Shown: positions 54,012 to 64,000 of the stretch, in pieces
Numbering within the stretch: the first letter of the stretch is position 1
Layout: every line of letters begins with the position of its first letter
Source: Escherichia phage BB1
Sequence record: NC_106597.1
DNA length: 64,000 bases
Strand: one strand, 5' to 3'
Program-made: the position numbers and the translations under genes
Notes under the pieces: generated by a model
What the model saw: only the letters and a program-made list of their open reading frames with translations
The model's database searches: none
What the model was told of the DNA's origin: nothing

Positions 54012-56150
54012 TTACCTTATATGGATATACCCGTTTTGCAGGTCTATCTTCATTTTGTAAGATCCCTCTGGATTAGAGGATAGTGCGGCTGCACGATCAT
54101 ATATAATATTTACACCAATTTGTGATAAGAAAGCGTTATTAGCAACAATTTTACTAGCAGTTACCGTACCATTAACTATCATATCACCATGTAAAACCAT
54201 TGCAGGGCTAGCCCATGCTGAACCATTCCACTGCCTAGTGAATGCTGTTCCTGGTGCCCCACTTTTATACTCGGTTAATACATCATATTTAACAGGACCA
54301 GTACCAAAATTAGATGTAAAAAACGAATTAGCCTGAGAATCATTCCATGCCGTTAAGTTAGCAATAGCAAGAGAATACATTCCAGGACCACGTTGTCCGT
54401 CTGCTCCTGGCCGCCCATCAGCACCTGGTTTTCCATCGGCACCTGGTTTTCCATCAGCACCTGGTAGTCCATCAGCTCCCGGCTTACCATCTACCCCTTC
54501 TGTACCGCTCCATTGAACTACATCTGACCAACTAGTTCCGGATACTAATTGATTAGTAACAGGGTCCAGAGTACCCGTAGAACAGTAAATATTCTGAGTA
54601 TTAGATATTCTATTCGGCGGAGTTTTAGACCAACCAGAAGGTGGGTATGCAGGGCTTGTTGGTTTAGCAGGTAATGAAGTACCTAGAATATAAATAAATA
54701 CTGTTTGCTTACCTTGTATACCTGTTTCTATATCAATATCGCCATTAGGTGTACCAATTACAACTCCACTAGAAATTCTTAATGTATCACCATCGAAACG
54801 AATATATTGCGTAGCATTACCAATATCTACTTTTGGCTTCGCAGTAGCATTATCCATGCCCATCCAAATACCAGATTTTGTATCTCCCCAAGTTTTACCT
54901 TGAGTATAAATTGCTGGGTTGTCTTGACCAGTTAAGTTAGTCATTACAAAGTTCGCAGCATTAATGGTTTTAGTTATTACACTTCCATCAACGTTAATTA
55001 TCTTTTTAATAGGGTCAAAAGATATTGGTGCTTTTCCTTCTGCATCTAGAAGACCTATATTAATAGCACCTGTAGCAGCATCTATTAGGAAGGTTTGTTT
55101 CCAGGTAGATCCATCTTTGATCTTACCCTTAATGTACGCGTAATTTACTTCGATACCAGTTTCATTAACAAAACTATTATCTAATGGAGTACTCTCATTT
55201 AATATAAATGTCTGTACTGCGGAATCAGTAACATCTTGAGCATCTGGTCCCCAGGCAATAGATGACACTTTAAATTTATGCTCTACTTTCCATGGAAATG
55301 ATATAATTGTTGCTGACTGAGCAGCACCCACGTTGATTTTTTGTGCCTTAGTCCATCCAGTTCTAGCAAATTCTGCTGAATCTATATATGATAGAACGAA
55401 TTCACGAACGTTGGCGCCTGTCCCTCTATTCCAATCCCATTGCACACGTAAATCATAGCGTTCTTTACCATCCGCTATACGCGCAGCTTTAAACACAATA
55501 TTAACAGGAGCTGTAGGAGGTACAAAGTTATATCTAACTTCAAAGACAGTAGGATACTCATAGTATCCAGATGAATCAATAGTTACTCCGTCTGGCAGGG
55601 ATACTTGTCCAGAAATTCTTACCTTATAGGATCCGATTGGCACACCACCAAACATAATAGTTGGCATCAACGCACCAACATAATATTTAACCCACGGATT
55701 ATTAGCATTAGAATTATTTTTTAATTCTATAGTACAATAATCAGCTTCTCCTGTAGTATCTATATAAACTATTGGCGCTCCAACACCTACGTCTACAGGC
55801 TCTGATTCACATCTAACACCTGTAATTCTAGGTGCTGACTTCATTTTAAAAGTTTGTTTATCAGATAGATTAATACCTATCTGAGCATTAAGTAGTTCAG
55901 AGTCTATTATAGAATCATAAAATGCACCCTGAACTTCATAAGTTGTTGTAGGTTTTAAGTTATTAATAGTTACAGAAAAGGTATCAACTCCAGTAAAATC
56001 TCTACGAGTAACGTTGCTACCTTCTTTAAGCCAAAAAGATCTACCTATAACGTCATAATCAGAATAGATAGAATGCTGGATATACGCCAACGTATATCCA
56101 GTTAAGACGCTATTTAGAACCATTTTAGCTGGTGCATTATTTGAAATCAT
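54012..56150 (-). CDS. baseplate/central-fibre protein (pb4-like) with collagen-like repeat
   Basis: 712 aa; GKPGADG x5 Gly-X-Y tract; position between hub and collar genes. Confidence 0.6.
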   Translation of the reverse strand: MISNNAPAKMVLNSVLTGYTLAYIQHSIYSDYDVIGRSFWLKEGSNVTRRDFTGVDTFSVTINNLKPTTTYEVQGAFYDSIIDSELLNAQIGINLSDKQTFKMKSAPRITGVRCESEPVDVGVGAPIVYIDTTGEADYCTIELKNNSNANNPWVKYYVGALMPTIMFGGVPIGSYKVRISGQVSLPDGVTIDSSGYYEYPTVFEVRYNFVPPTAPVNIVFKAARIADGKERYDLRVQWDWNRGTGANVREFVLSYIDSAEFARTGWTKAQKINVGAAQSATIISFPWKVEHKFKVSSIAWGPDAQDVTDSAVQTFILNESTPLDNSFVNETGIEVNYAYIKGKIKDGSTWKQTFLIDAATGAINIGLLDAEGKAPISFDPIKKIINVDGSVITKTINAANFVMTNLTGQDNPAIYTQGKTWGDTKSGIWMGMDNATAKPKVDIGNATQYIRFDGDTLRISSGVVIGTPNGDIDIETGIQGKQTVFIYILGTSLPAKPTSPAYPPSGWSKTPPNRISNTQNIYCSTGTLDPVTNQLVSGTSWSDVVQWSGTEGVDGKPGADGLPGADGKPGADGKPGADGRPGADGQRGPGMYSLAIANLTAWNDSQANSFFTSNFGTGPVKYDVLTEYKSGAPGTAFTRQWNGSAWASPAMVLHGDMIVNGTVTASKIVANNAFLSQIGVNIIYDRAAALSSNPEGSYKMKIDLQNGYIHIR
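54380..54490 (-). repeat. collagen-like Gly-X-Y repeat ([31 protein letters not shown]) coding tract
   Basis: Repeated 15-18-nt DNA unit ccatc(a/g)gcacctggtt. Confidence 0.7.
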
Positions 56151-59000
56151 TTAAATAGTAGCCCAACCAACAGATTGCTCACCATTTTCCCCTTCTGCTC
56201 TAATCCTGAATCGTAGTTTACGATTAATTCCTAAAGCACCAGAGTTTAATAGTGCAAAATCCGCCTTATTATATGTTAATAGATAGTCATAGGTATAGGC
56301 ATCCTCTATCCTAATACTACGAAGCATTCTATCCTGAGAATCATGTATTTCTAGAGTATAATAAATTTCTGGAATTATTTCTTCCTCGGGTATCTTATCC
56401 CAAGCAAGTTTCACGTCTGGTCCAACAAATTCAGTCACGTCTCCAGAAGCTGTATTAGTTACTCTAAAGTTACTAACTACACTTAAGTTTCTAGCAGAGT
56501 TAAGATCCACGGAAAGGGTAACAGGAGAACTACGTCTACCATTAATATCAACAGCACGTAACTCAAAAATAGCTAAACCAGCAGGCTCACCTATAATCTC
56601 CTGAACCATCCTTTCATTAGGATTATTCTCTAATTGCTGAATTATGTAAGGATCTACATGACCTGAATGAGCTATAGAATAATATACTACGTTATTAGTA
56701 AGACTAGGTAGCCAAGATAGTTCCCCATTTTTACCTATAGCACCTATCATACCACCAGGAGTTGGTGTATACTTAAAGTCCCTAGGAGGAAGTACATTAT
56801 TACTAATATCTGGAATATCATTACCACTGTTATCCACTTGATCAGAGTTGATAAATACATCTTCACCATACTCTTGTAGTGTTAAGTTAATCTTACCATC
56901 ACGAGTATTTTCTACTTCATCTACTAGGAAGAACTTATCCTTCCACCCATAACGCTCATAAGTAAAAGCAATCGGATCATTTGGCTCTATACCAATAAAC
57001 TTATAAGGTACTGAGAAGCTAAGTGTACGTGAGTATCTAGATTTTTTAAGTTCCCTATCTGCATAACTACGAGCAGTGTAGTAGTTAGTAATATTTGCAA
57101 AAGATAGCTGAAGTTTTTTATCCAAACCCTTATCTTGTTCTTTAAACTTAGAGTTATAGAATGTAATAGAGTTTGTTTTCCAACTTAGCGCAGGATCTAC
57201 TAGGGATGCTTGTACTGAGTTAAACTTATTTCTACCAGTAGTATCAGATAAGTCTAAGTCCCCGTAAGTATCTAGAAAACCTATCTTCAAAGGAGTTGTA
57301 GAATGCTTCTCTACAGTTATTCTATACTCACCAGATAAGTTATTTATAGCTCCGCCAAAAGAATCCAGTACTCCTTGAACATTTTTAAATACTGATTCGG
57401 AGGTATCTAATATAGTGTTTAACTGAACTACTTGGCGATGTTCAGAAATAGAATCACTCCAACCAACATATCTCCAATAGGGTTGCCAGCTAATCTGATA
57501 AGATTCATCAATTATATCTAGAATTTTTGCTTCTGATATAATCTTTTGTAGCGGGAACTGATCCAGAGTTATATTAGCCCCATAACGTTCAGAGGTTAGA
57601 TAGTCCATGAGCTGCCAGATACCGTTAAGGCTAGTTTTATCAGCTTTAACAGACCCATCAGAGCTATATACTTTGACTTTCTTACCTTGTACTTCAGCAC
57701 TAATTTCTGGAATTTCAGTTCTATTCTCATTAATAGTAAATCTAACTACAGCGTAGGCTGTGTCTAAGAGCTTATAACGAGAATCCCAGTATTCTGGGCC
57801 ATTGCCATTTTGATTTTGTAAATAGAAACCCTTTCTTTTAGCGATATCCACTAATACTTGAGCTGCTGTCTGATCTGGTTTGCCATGAAAAGTCCATATT
57901 CTTATGTCACCATTACCATCATTATACTTATACTCCTGACCATGAACAGAAGGTTGAGAAGTGCTTGTACCAGCAGCTAGTCTATGCATTGTATCACCTA
58001 CTAGTTTCTTACGACCGAAGCAGGTTCTAGTATTGGAATCTGCTTCATCGAAACAGATCATTGGGCTGTCCCCAATATAGAAATCTAGGAATCCATCAAT
58101 TTCTCCTTCCGAAAAAGCATAGACTACATACACTATATTAGGGTTATTTAGCTCAGTATCTGCAAAAATAGGGATACCAGGGATTTTCTGAACCCCATAT
58201 ACAACAGGTATAAATTTAGCAGCTAAGTTAAAGTCTAAATCAACTTCTTTAGTTACAGTCTCATAATACTTTTTAAGACTGTAACTTCTTGATAGCCCAA
58301 AAAGTTTCTTCTTGGACTGAAGTTTATAACGCTCTTCTTTTACTTGATATTTAGCTAATATAGTGGTACTTTTATTAGAGTGGAAGAAGCCATAGTCTTC
58401 TTGGTACTCAGGACGTTTAGCACCATTAGAAGGTTGTAATTGTCCATTAACAACTTCAAGCCCTCGGTGGGAAGCATCATCGGTATAACGACCGTTCACT
58501 CTATCAAAATCATAGAACTGATTAGAACAGTTCCATGTTATAACAGAGGTTCCTATACCGGAAGTACTAACGTTGTCCTTTATTCCGCCGCCAGTAATTT
58601 TACCACGAAAGAATAGTAAAGGTCCATTAGTATCAGGATCTACAGGAAGAATATTACCTTCTTCATCAATTATAGCTTGATGTATAGTGATAGTTCTATC
58701 TAAGAAAGATACTCCATTTTGAACTAGTTTTAATACTTCATCTTCTGCTGTACCAGTTATGGTAAAAGATAGACTACCAATAGATAGTTCACGGTTTTGC
58801 TTATGGGAGCCGATACTTTTTACTTTACCAGATCTATATAAGATTCCATTATAGGTAACATCTCTAAAGTAGTCAGTTAAATAAACATAAGTAGCAGCAG
58901 AGCCTGATGAACTAGGAAGCTCTAAAGCTATAAGACAAGCTGTTTTTAGCTTGTCATGAGTATTAAGATATGTTTTAGCACTATCGAGTATCTGCTTCAT
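56151..59000 (-). CDS. baseplate hub / tail tip protein (pb3-like)
   Basis: 949 aa protein between Dit and pb4-like genes; assignment by size and synteny. Confidence 0.6.
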   Translation of the reverse strand: MKQILDSAKTYLNTHDKLKTACLIALELPSSSGSAATYVYLTDYFRDVTYNGILYRSGKVKSIGSHKQNRELSIGSLSFTITGTAEDEVLKLVQNGVSFLDRTITIHQAIIDEEGNILPVDPDTNGPLLFFRGKITGGGIKDNVSTSGIGTSVITWNCSNQFYDFDRVNGRYTDDASHRGLEVVNGQLQPSNGAKRPEYQEDYGFFHSNKSTTILAKYQVKEERYKLQSKKKLFGLSRSYSLKKYYETVTKEVDLDFNLAAKFIPVVYGVQKIPGIPIFADTELNNPNIVYVVYAFSEGEIDGFLDFYIGDSPMICFDEADSNTRTCFGRKKLVGDTMHRLAAGTSTSQPSVHGQEYKYNDGNGDIRIWTFHGKPDQTAAQVLVDIAKRKGFYLQNQNGNGPEYWDSRYKLLDTAYAVVRFTINENRTEIPEISAEVQGKKVKVYSSDGSVKADKTSLNGIWQLMDYLTSERYGANITLDQFPLQKIISEAKILDIIDESYQISWQPYWRYVGWSDSISEHRQVVQLNTILDTSESVFKNVQGVLDSFGGAINNLSGEYRITVEKHSTTPLKIGFLDTYGDLDLSDTTGRNKFNSVQASLVDPALSWKTNSITFYNSKFKEQDKGLDKKLQLSFANITNYYTARSYADRELKKSRYSRTLSFSVPYKFIGIEPNDPIAFTYERYGWKDKFFLVDEVENTRDGKINLTLQEYGEDVFINSDQVDNSGNDIPDISNNVLPPRDFKYTPTPGGMIGAIGKNGELSWLPSLTNNVVYYSIAHSGHVDPYIIQQLENNPNERMVQEIIGEPAGLAIFELRAVDINGRRSSPVTLSVDLNSARNLSVVSNFRVTNTASGDVTEFVGPDVKLAWDKIPEEEIIPEIYYTLEIHDSQDRMLRSIRIEDAYTYDYLLTYNKADFALLNSGALGINRKLRFRIRAEGENGEQSVGWATI

Positions 59001-59611
59001 AGACTTTCCCTCAAGGAAAGTGAAATACCAGAGTAAGTACCATTGTTATTTAATGTAGAACCAAAAGAATCAGCATTCATTAGCTTAGTTCTAAATAAGA
59101 TACCATTAAAAACTGGTTTTTCACTACCCGTAGTAGTAATAAATAGGTCAGGGTATAAGGATAAGTTCCATACATTTCCTGAGCTAGTAAAATTTGTTAT
59201 TTTATAGACTTTTGGGTGATTGGATAATTTAAATAGATCTCCAGCTTTTGGTAGTCCTGTCAAAGTTCCATTAGTATTTAGTATAATCTGAGAACCTTTC
59301 TGGCCTGCTGGTATAGTAACACTTTTAGTATCACCACGTACTCTAAATGCTTCATACTGAGGTAGAAGTACTTCTAGATAATCTCCAGTTCTTTTATATT
59401 CTAAAATTTTAGAATCTAGGAATGCATATTCATCTGGGAAAAGTTCCGGGTATGAGATATTAATTCCCCAGTATTGAGCAGATATTTTAACCTCTTTGAC
59501 TTTACCATTAGGTAATTCATCACGAATCATAGGGTCATTATCTACTACGTTGACGCTTTCAAAACCTAACCCTGGGTACTCTGGGTTCGTGTATGGATCT
59601 GGTAGTCTCAT
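58997..59611 (-). CDS. distal tail protein (Dit, pb9-like)
   Basis: 204 aa, immediately downstream of tape measure gene; synteny-based. Confidence 0.6.
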   Translation of the reverse strand: MRLPDPYTNPEYPGLGFESVNVVDNDPMIRDELPNGKVKEVKISAQYWGINISYPELFPDEYAFLDSKILEYKRTGDYLEVLLPQYEAFRVRGDTKSVTIPAGQKGSQIILNTNGTLTGLPKAGDLFKLSNHPKVYKITNFTSSGNVWNLSLYPDLFITTTGSEKPVFNGILFRTKLMNADSFGSTLNNNGTYSGISLSLRESL

Positions 59612-59689
59612 AGTTAATTTCTCCTCTTTAATAACAATATTATAATAGTATTGGAAAATTTTATCAAGAAATTTTTATTTTTCCATAAA

Positions 59690-59716
59690 GAAAAGGAGGA
59701 CATAAAGTCCTCCTCC
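59690..59716 (-). terminator. intrinsic terminator-like hairpin between tape-measure and Dit genes (minus sense)
   Basis: ggaggac-tttat-gtcctcc hairpin followed by TTTTCTTTATGG in minus sense. Confidence 0.45.
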
Positions 59717-59720
59717 AATA

Positions 59721-62700
59721 TTACATATTACCAAGAGATTTAAGGGTGGATCCATTCTCATTAAGAGCCAGTTCCACGGCATCTCTTAAAGCAGTGCTGT
59801 TATTCGATGCAAAATCTCTAAAGCTAGCAGCATCCATTGTGCTAATATTCAGAATGATTGGTCTTCCAGAGGTAGTCTTTGATCCATCAGAAAGCTGATC
59901 ATTAGGTGTGGCTTTCATAGGAACCATAGGAGTTACTACTTCGGTACCATGCTCACCCATTTGATAACTAACCCCAGGGTACATCATACCACCTTCAGCA
60001 CGAGGAACAAATGAGTTGGCATTACCAATACCTTTATCACCACGTAGGTAGGATAATTCTCCTGAGCTAGCTTGCATAGATACATCAACGTTCTTCTGTC
60101 GCTCACCTAGGGTTAGGTACTGAGTAGTATCTGCTCCAGAATCTGCAATAGAAGACATACCAGATGCAGAAGATGCTTGAGCAAGAGCTAAGGCACCTGC
60201 TAAACCTGCCGCCACCATCAAAGGAATAGAGAACGGGTATGGTACAGCTGTTGCTGCCTGCATTACTGCCACTGCTGTCTGGATAATAATTTGTTTCTTT
60301 GCTGCGTCTTGCTGGATTTTTAACTTTTCAGCTTCTAACTTTTTCAGTTTAGCTTTAGATGCTTCAGATTTACCATCTCGTTTCTGTTCTGCTGCAATAG
60401 CCTGATCAATTGCACTAACCTGTTGACTAGTACTATATTGAATCATAGAGGCCACAGTCTGCATACCAGAAGCAATCATAGACGTAGTATCTAGAGATCC
60501 CTGTGAGAATTGAATCATAGAGTTAGTTAAATTACCCATGCTTTGAGCTACAGCAGTTGCTTCGGAATTTAACTCAGATAGTTTAGAGATTGCCTGATCA
60601 TATGAAGACATCCTATTCTGCATATCAGCAAAATCTTTATCTGCTCCAGATAGACCAGTTGTAGGAGTATAAGTAGCTCCAACAGAAGAACCTACCTGTT
60701 GCTGCATCTGAGCATTACGTTGTGCTGTTAAAGCTGACATCTGGGCCCTTGTCTTGGCTATTTCGGCATTCCAGCGCATTTGCTCGTTAGCATTACCTTT
60801 GGTAAGTTCTTTCATCTGAGTATAAAAATCTAACTGCATTTCCATTTTTTGCATTTCCCCTGCCAGAGGGAACATGGAAGTTAGAGTATTTTCAAAGGCT
60901 TCTTGCCTTTTACTGGTCATTTCAGCTTGCTGATCCTGACGGAATTTCCATATTTCACGTTCAATTTGGGCTTGAGAACGTCTAGACTGTTCAGCCTCTT
61001 TCTGTTTATCAGCTTGTTTTGTATACCATTCGTACTTCTCTTTTTCAATGGTCAATTCAAGATTTAACTGTGCTAGACGATACTGAGTATCTGTCATAGT
61101 ACGGTTATTTAAGAGAGCTATCTCACGATCTACACCAAGAATTTTATCTGTGTAATCCTTGACCTTCTTCTGAGCTTCCATACCATGATTGGTAAGTTTA
61201 AGTTTCTCCAGCTGAATTTTTTCAATTTCTTTCTCAACAGCTTTATTTCCCTGGTTTGTTTGAAGAACACGGCGTAAAGCAGTTTCTTGCTCTTCTAACT
61301 GTTGCAACTCTAAACGTCTACCAGCTTCCTGAGCTTTTTCCTTATCCTTAGTTTGATTATACACATCAGCTATTTTCTGTTGAACTGCTAACTGATTTTT
61401 AGTTTCATTACCCGTTAGTTTAACGTACTCGGATAAGGCTTGGGAAGCAGTTTTCATCTCAGATAGGGTGTTAAACCCTAAGTTGAGACTTTTAACATAC
61501 TCATCCGCACTCTTACCAGTTCCTGCGGAGAGAGATTCTACATTTCTAATTACCTCTTCAAAAGTTGCACTAGTTTTAGCAGCGGTATCTGTACTACTAG
61601 CTATATTTTGAAAGTCATTAGCTAAATCACTAGCCGTTTTCTTAGTCTGATTATATGCTTTTTGTTGTTCTGTCAGGCTCTTTAGAGCAGCAGAATTAAA
61701 GTCGTATACAGCATCTGGGTCATACACATCTTTCTGTAGATTAATCTGTTTCTGGAACTCTGGATTAGCTTTTGCAGCAGCAGCTCCAGCAGCTTGATAA
61801 GCCGATTTCCAAGCATTGAGGTTCTCTGTAGAATCCTCTACTTCCTTACCAAGTCTAGTTACTTGTAGACCCATAGCCGCTGTTTCTTCTACAAACTTTT
61901 TATTAGCTTCGGAAGCGCCCGCGGCTGCAATACCAACAGGAATACCTTCACCAACTTGACGTATAGCTAGTTTTGTATAGAAATCTGCTTGTTCCATTCG
62001 TTTATCGAACTCAGATTTTAGCTTATTACGCTTATCAAGAGATTCCTTATACATATCTAGAGCTTTATTATAGCCTTCTTCAGAAGCGGCCAAACTTAAA
62101 GCAACAGCACCAACGTTGGTAGGATCTATCTGTCTATTAGTTTTTTCTTGAGCTCTAGCTGCTTCAGCAGATACAGAAGCCTGAGAAGTATAAAATACTG
62201 TGTTGATAGCATCAATTACTGGCCCTAAGTACTTAGCAGCAGCTTGTTGTATTGTTCTTAGTGCAGCATCTGCGTTAGCAGCAAATTGCTCCCACGGAGT
62301 AGCACGTAAAACTTCATCTAAGTAACCAAAACGTTTAGTAGATTCTGCTATAACAGCATTAGCATACGCTTGCTGTTTCTGGAAGGTAGTAAGGCTATTA
62401 ATATTATATGTTATACCCGTGTTTGCAGCATTTAACTGTTTAACGTAATCAGCATAAGCATCGTTAAGACGAATAGTAACACCAAGTTCATCCAGAAGTT
62501 CGATTTCTTGTTTAGATACACCCTTAATTACACGGTTAAGTGCGTCAGTCATATCAACGCCAAGAACAGCAGCAGCACGACGAGCTACTAGACCAAACTT
62601 ATTAAGTTGTTCAGCATCAAATCCATAAGCGGACGCTGAGGATGCTTGTCTCATAGCTTCTTCAAAAGAGATTGCATAGCCAGCTGCCTCTTGCAGTGAT

Positions 62701-63404
62701 CTAGCAAGGGACTGAACAGGAGTACCTGTCTGAGTACCTACTATAACACCAAATTTTTCTAGACGATTTAGCTGATCACCTAGTTTAAGTTGTTCGAATG
62801 CAGATTGCAAAACGAAGATGTTGGAAGCAAGAGCTGCGTACATAATAGGTAAACTACCACCTATCTTAGCCATTGCTGCAAAATCACGAGTTGCACCGCG
62901 TGCTGAACCAGAAGTATTACCAATAGCTCTAGAAGCTCTACCAGCAGCACCAGCAGTATCATTAAAACCTCTAGCTGTACCGCCTAAAACTCTATTGGTA
63001 TCATACAATCTATCTTGAACTTTCTCTGTTGCAGCTGCAACATCATTACCCATTGCTTTAACAGATCTAGAAACTCCATCGAATCCAATTTCTAGTTTAT
63101 CTGTTACTTCAATAAGTTGGATAGCCAGGTAATCTAGCTTATCACCAATACCATCAATGGATTTAGTGATACCAGCCATACCCCTACTAGCTTGCATTTT
63201 AGTAAGACTTTTTGCTGCTCTATCTGCTGCCCTCTCAATGGAGTATAGAGTTCTGGGCATTTTACCTAACTGTTCATTTGTTAGTTCAGAAGCAGCAGCA
63301 GCGTTCTCTAATGCATCAGCTACGTTTTCAATAGACTTTGCAGTACGAGTTGCCCCCTTCTGTTTAACGTCTATTAGTAATTCTCGTATTAGCTTATCAG
63401 TCAT
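59721..63404 (-). CDS. tail tape measure protein (pb2-like)
   Basis: 1227 aa, long coiled coil, hydrophobic TM-like segment near the C-terminus (IIIQTAVAVMQAATAV...LAGALALAQA). Confidence 0.85.
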   Translation of the reverse strand: MTDKLIRELLIDVKQKGATRTAKSIENVADALENAAAASELTNEQLGKMPRTLYSIERAADRAAKSLTKMQASRGMAGITKSIDGIGDKLDYLAIQLIEVTDKLEIGFDGVSRSVKAMGNDVAAATEKVQDRLYDTNRVLGGTARGFNDTAGAAGRASRAIGNTSGSARGATRDFAAMAKIGGSLPIMYAALASNIFVLQSAFEQLKLGDQLNRLEKFGVIVGTQTGTPVQSLARSLQEAAGYAISFEEAMRQASSASAYGFDAEQLNKFGLVARRAAAVLGVDMTDALNRVIKGVSKQEIELLDELGVTIRLNDAYADYVKQLNAANTGITYNINSLTTFQKQQAYANAVIAESTKRFGYLDEVLRATPWEQFAANADAALRTIQQAAAKYLGPVIDAINTVFYTSQASVSAEAARAQEKTNRQIDPTNVGAVALSLAASEEGYNKALDMYKESLDKRNKLKSEFDKRMEQADFYTKLAIRQVGEGIPVGIAAAGASEANKKFVEETAAMGLQVTRLGKEVEDSTENLNAWKSAYQAAGAAAAKANPEFQKQINLQKDVYDPDAVYDFNSAALKSLTEQQKAYNQTKKTASDLANDFQNIASSTDTAAKTSATFEEVIRNVESLSAGTGKSADEYVKSLNLGFNTLSEMKTASQALSEYVKLTGNETKNQLAVQQKIADVYNQTKDKEKAQEAGRRLELQQLEEQETALRRVLQTNQGNKAVEKEIEKIQLEKLKLTNHGMEAQKKVKDYTDKILGVDREIALLNNRTMTDTQYRLAQLNLELTIEKEKYEWYTKQADKQKEAEQSRRSQAQIEREIWKFRQDQQAEMTSKRQEAFENTLTSMFPLAGEMQKMEMQLDFYTQMKELTKGNANEQMRWNAEIAKTRAQMSALTAQRNAQMQQQVGSSVGATYTPTTGLSGADKDFADMQNRMSSYDQAISKLSELNSEATAVAQSMGNLTNSMIQFSQGSLDTTSMIASGMQTVASMIQYSTSQQVSAIDQAIAAEQKRDGKSEASKAKLKKLEAEKLKIQQDAAKKQIIIQTAVAVMQAATAVPYPFSIPLMVAAGLAGALALAQASSASGMSSIADSGADTTQYLTLGERQKNVDVSMQASSGELSYLRGDKGIGNANSFVPRAEGGMMYPGVSYQMGEHGTEVVTPMVPMKATPNDQLSDGSKTTSGRPIILNISTMDAASFRDFASNNSTALRDAVELALNENGSTLKSLGNM

Positions 63405-63423
63405 ATTTTATTTTTCCCAATAA

Positions 63424-63455
63424 AAAAGGCTCTGGGCAAATCACCCAGAGCCAAG
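63424..63455 (-). terminator. intrinsic terminator-like hairpin (minus sense)
   Basis: ggctctggg-tgatttg-cccagagcc followed by TTTTTT in minus sense. Confidence 0.5.
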
Positions 63456-63487
63456 CCTCATCGTGGAACGCCCATTGGAGGAAACTT

Positions 63488-63856
63488 TTACCGTGCACGA
63501 GATCTAGCATGTGGCTTAACGTTAGGAATCCTTCCGTTTTGCGGTTTATGCTTCTCGGCACGTTTACGTGCAGCATCTACAGCTTTAGCATCAAATATAT
63601 TGATAATGTGTAGAACAAATTCTTTTTCTATAGGATCAGTAATCCCATAAATATCAAATAAAACACCTAAAGCAGCTTTGTCTTTACCTATAAAAATAGG
63701 AAAGTCACCAGGTATGAAACAGTCAATTAGACTATTATAAATATTCATACTAATAGCTACAATAGGTGGAAAGTCTTCAAGTTCAACAGGCATAGCCTTA
63801 GGATCAGGCTCTATACCCATTGATTCACAAAGTATTAAATATTGTTGTTTAGTCAT
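63488..63856 (-). CDS. putative tail assembly chaperone (synteny with tape measure)
   Basis: 122 aa ORF immediately upstream of tape measure gene. Confidence 0.45.
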   Translation of the reverse strand: MTKQQYLILCESMGIEPDPKAMPVELEDFPPIVAISMNIYNSLIDCFIPGDFPIFIGKDKAALGVLFDIYGITDPIEKEFVLHIINIFDAKAVDAARKRAEKHKPQNGRIPNVKPHARSRAR

Positions 63857-63917
63857 TTTAGATGCTGAGCTTTTAATACACTTATCTGCAAAATCAGCAA
63901 CAGCATCTAGTAATTCT

Positions 63918-64000
63918 TTACGCTTTTGAGCTACGAAAAGTGTCTAAGTGGAACACTGTCTGGTTGATCCAAGAATCAAACGCGGCGGAGTTCTGCATAA
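63918..64000 (-). CDS. 3' end of a minus-strand gene continuing beyond the window (likely tail component)
   Basis: Open frame from window edge to TAA (minus sense ...FDSWINQTVFHLDTFRSSKA*); partial. Confidence 0.4.
   Translation of the reverse strand, partial: MQNSAAFDSWINQTVFHLDTFRSSKA

Noticed and set aside
1-64000. Prophage or integration features (integrase, att sites, transposase, CRISPR, rRNA)
   Set aside because: None found; gene content and strand organisation fit a virulent T5-like phage segment rather than an integrated element.

Overview
This window looks like a contiguous segment of a T5-like (Demerecviridae/Tequintavirus-type) virulent coliphage genome; all calls are from manual reading of the sequence and ORF track, with no database searches run. 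Three blocks are visible. (1) 1-21000, mostly minus strand: an early region with a tRNA cluster (about 12 hand-folded tRNAs plus tRNA-like remnants), small ORFs, and a nucleotide-metabolism block (thymidylate synthase, DHFR, NrdB, NrdA, PhoH, RNase H, NADAR, DEDDh exonuclease, SPFH/band-7 protein, SleB-like hydrolase), driven by a repeated promoter family (TTGCTa-17 bp-TATAAT). (2) 21300-49640, plus strand: NrdD, Sir2-like and HAD-like proteins, two free-standing HNH endonucleases, a putative AEP primase-polymerase/helicase fusion, a split NAD-dependent DNA ligase, DnaB-like helicase, DnaG-type primase, family A DNA polymerase, SF2 helicase, SbcCD-like nuclease, flap endonuclease and dUTPase. 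(3) 49680-64000, minus strand: late tail genes (L-shaped tail fiber with intramolecular chaperone domain, collar, pb4-like, baseplate hub, Dit, tape measure, chaperone). A bidirectional terminator at about 49640-49678 separates convergent early and late transcription. No rRNA, CRISPR array, integrase or transposase was seen. The most unusual items are a compositionally distinct three-gene cassette of low-complexity proteins (4782-6548), several non-canonical tRNAs, an orphan promoter with a ~500-nt untranslated segment (27146-27672), and candidate NAD/ADP-ribose-related genes (NADAR, Sir2-like). tRNA folds, anticodons and all promoter/terminator coordinates are approximate.
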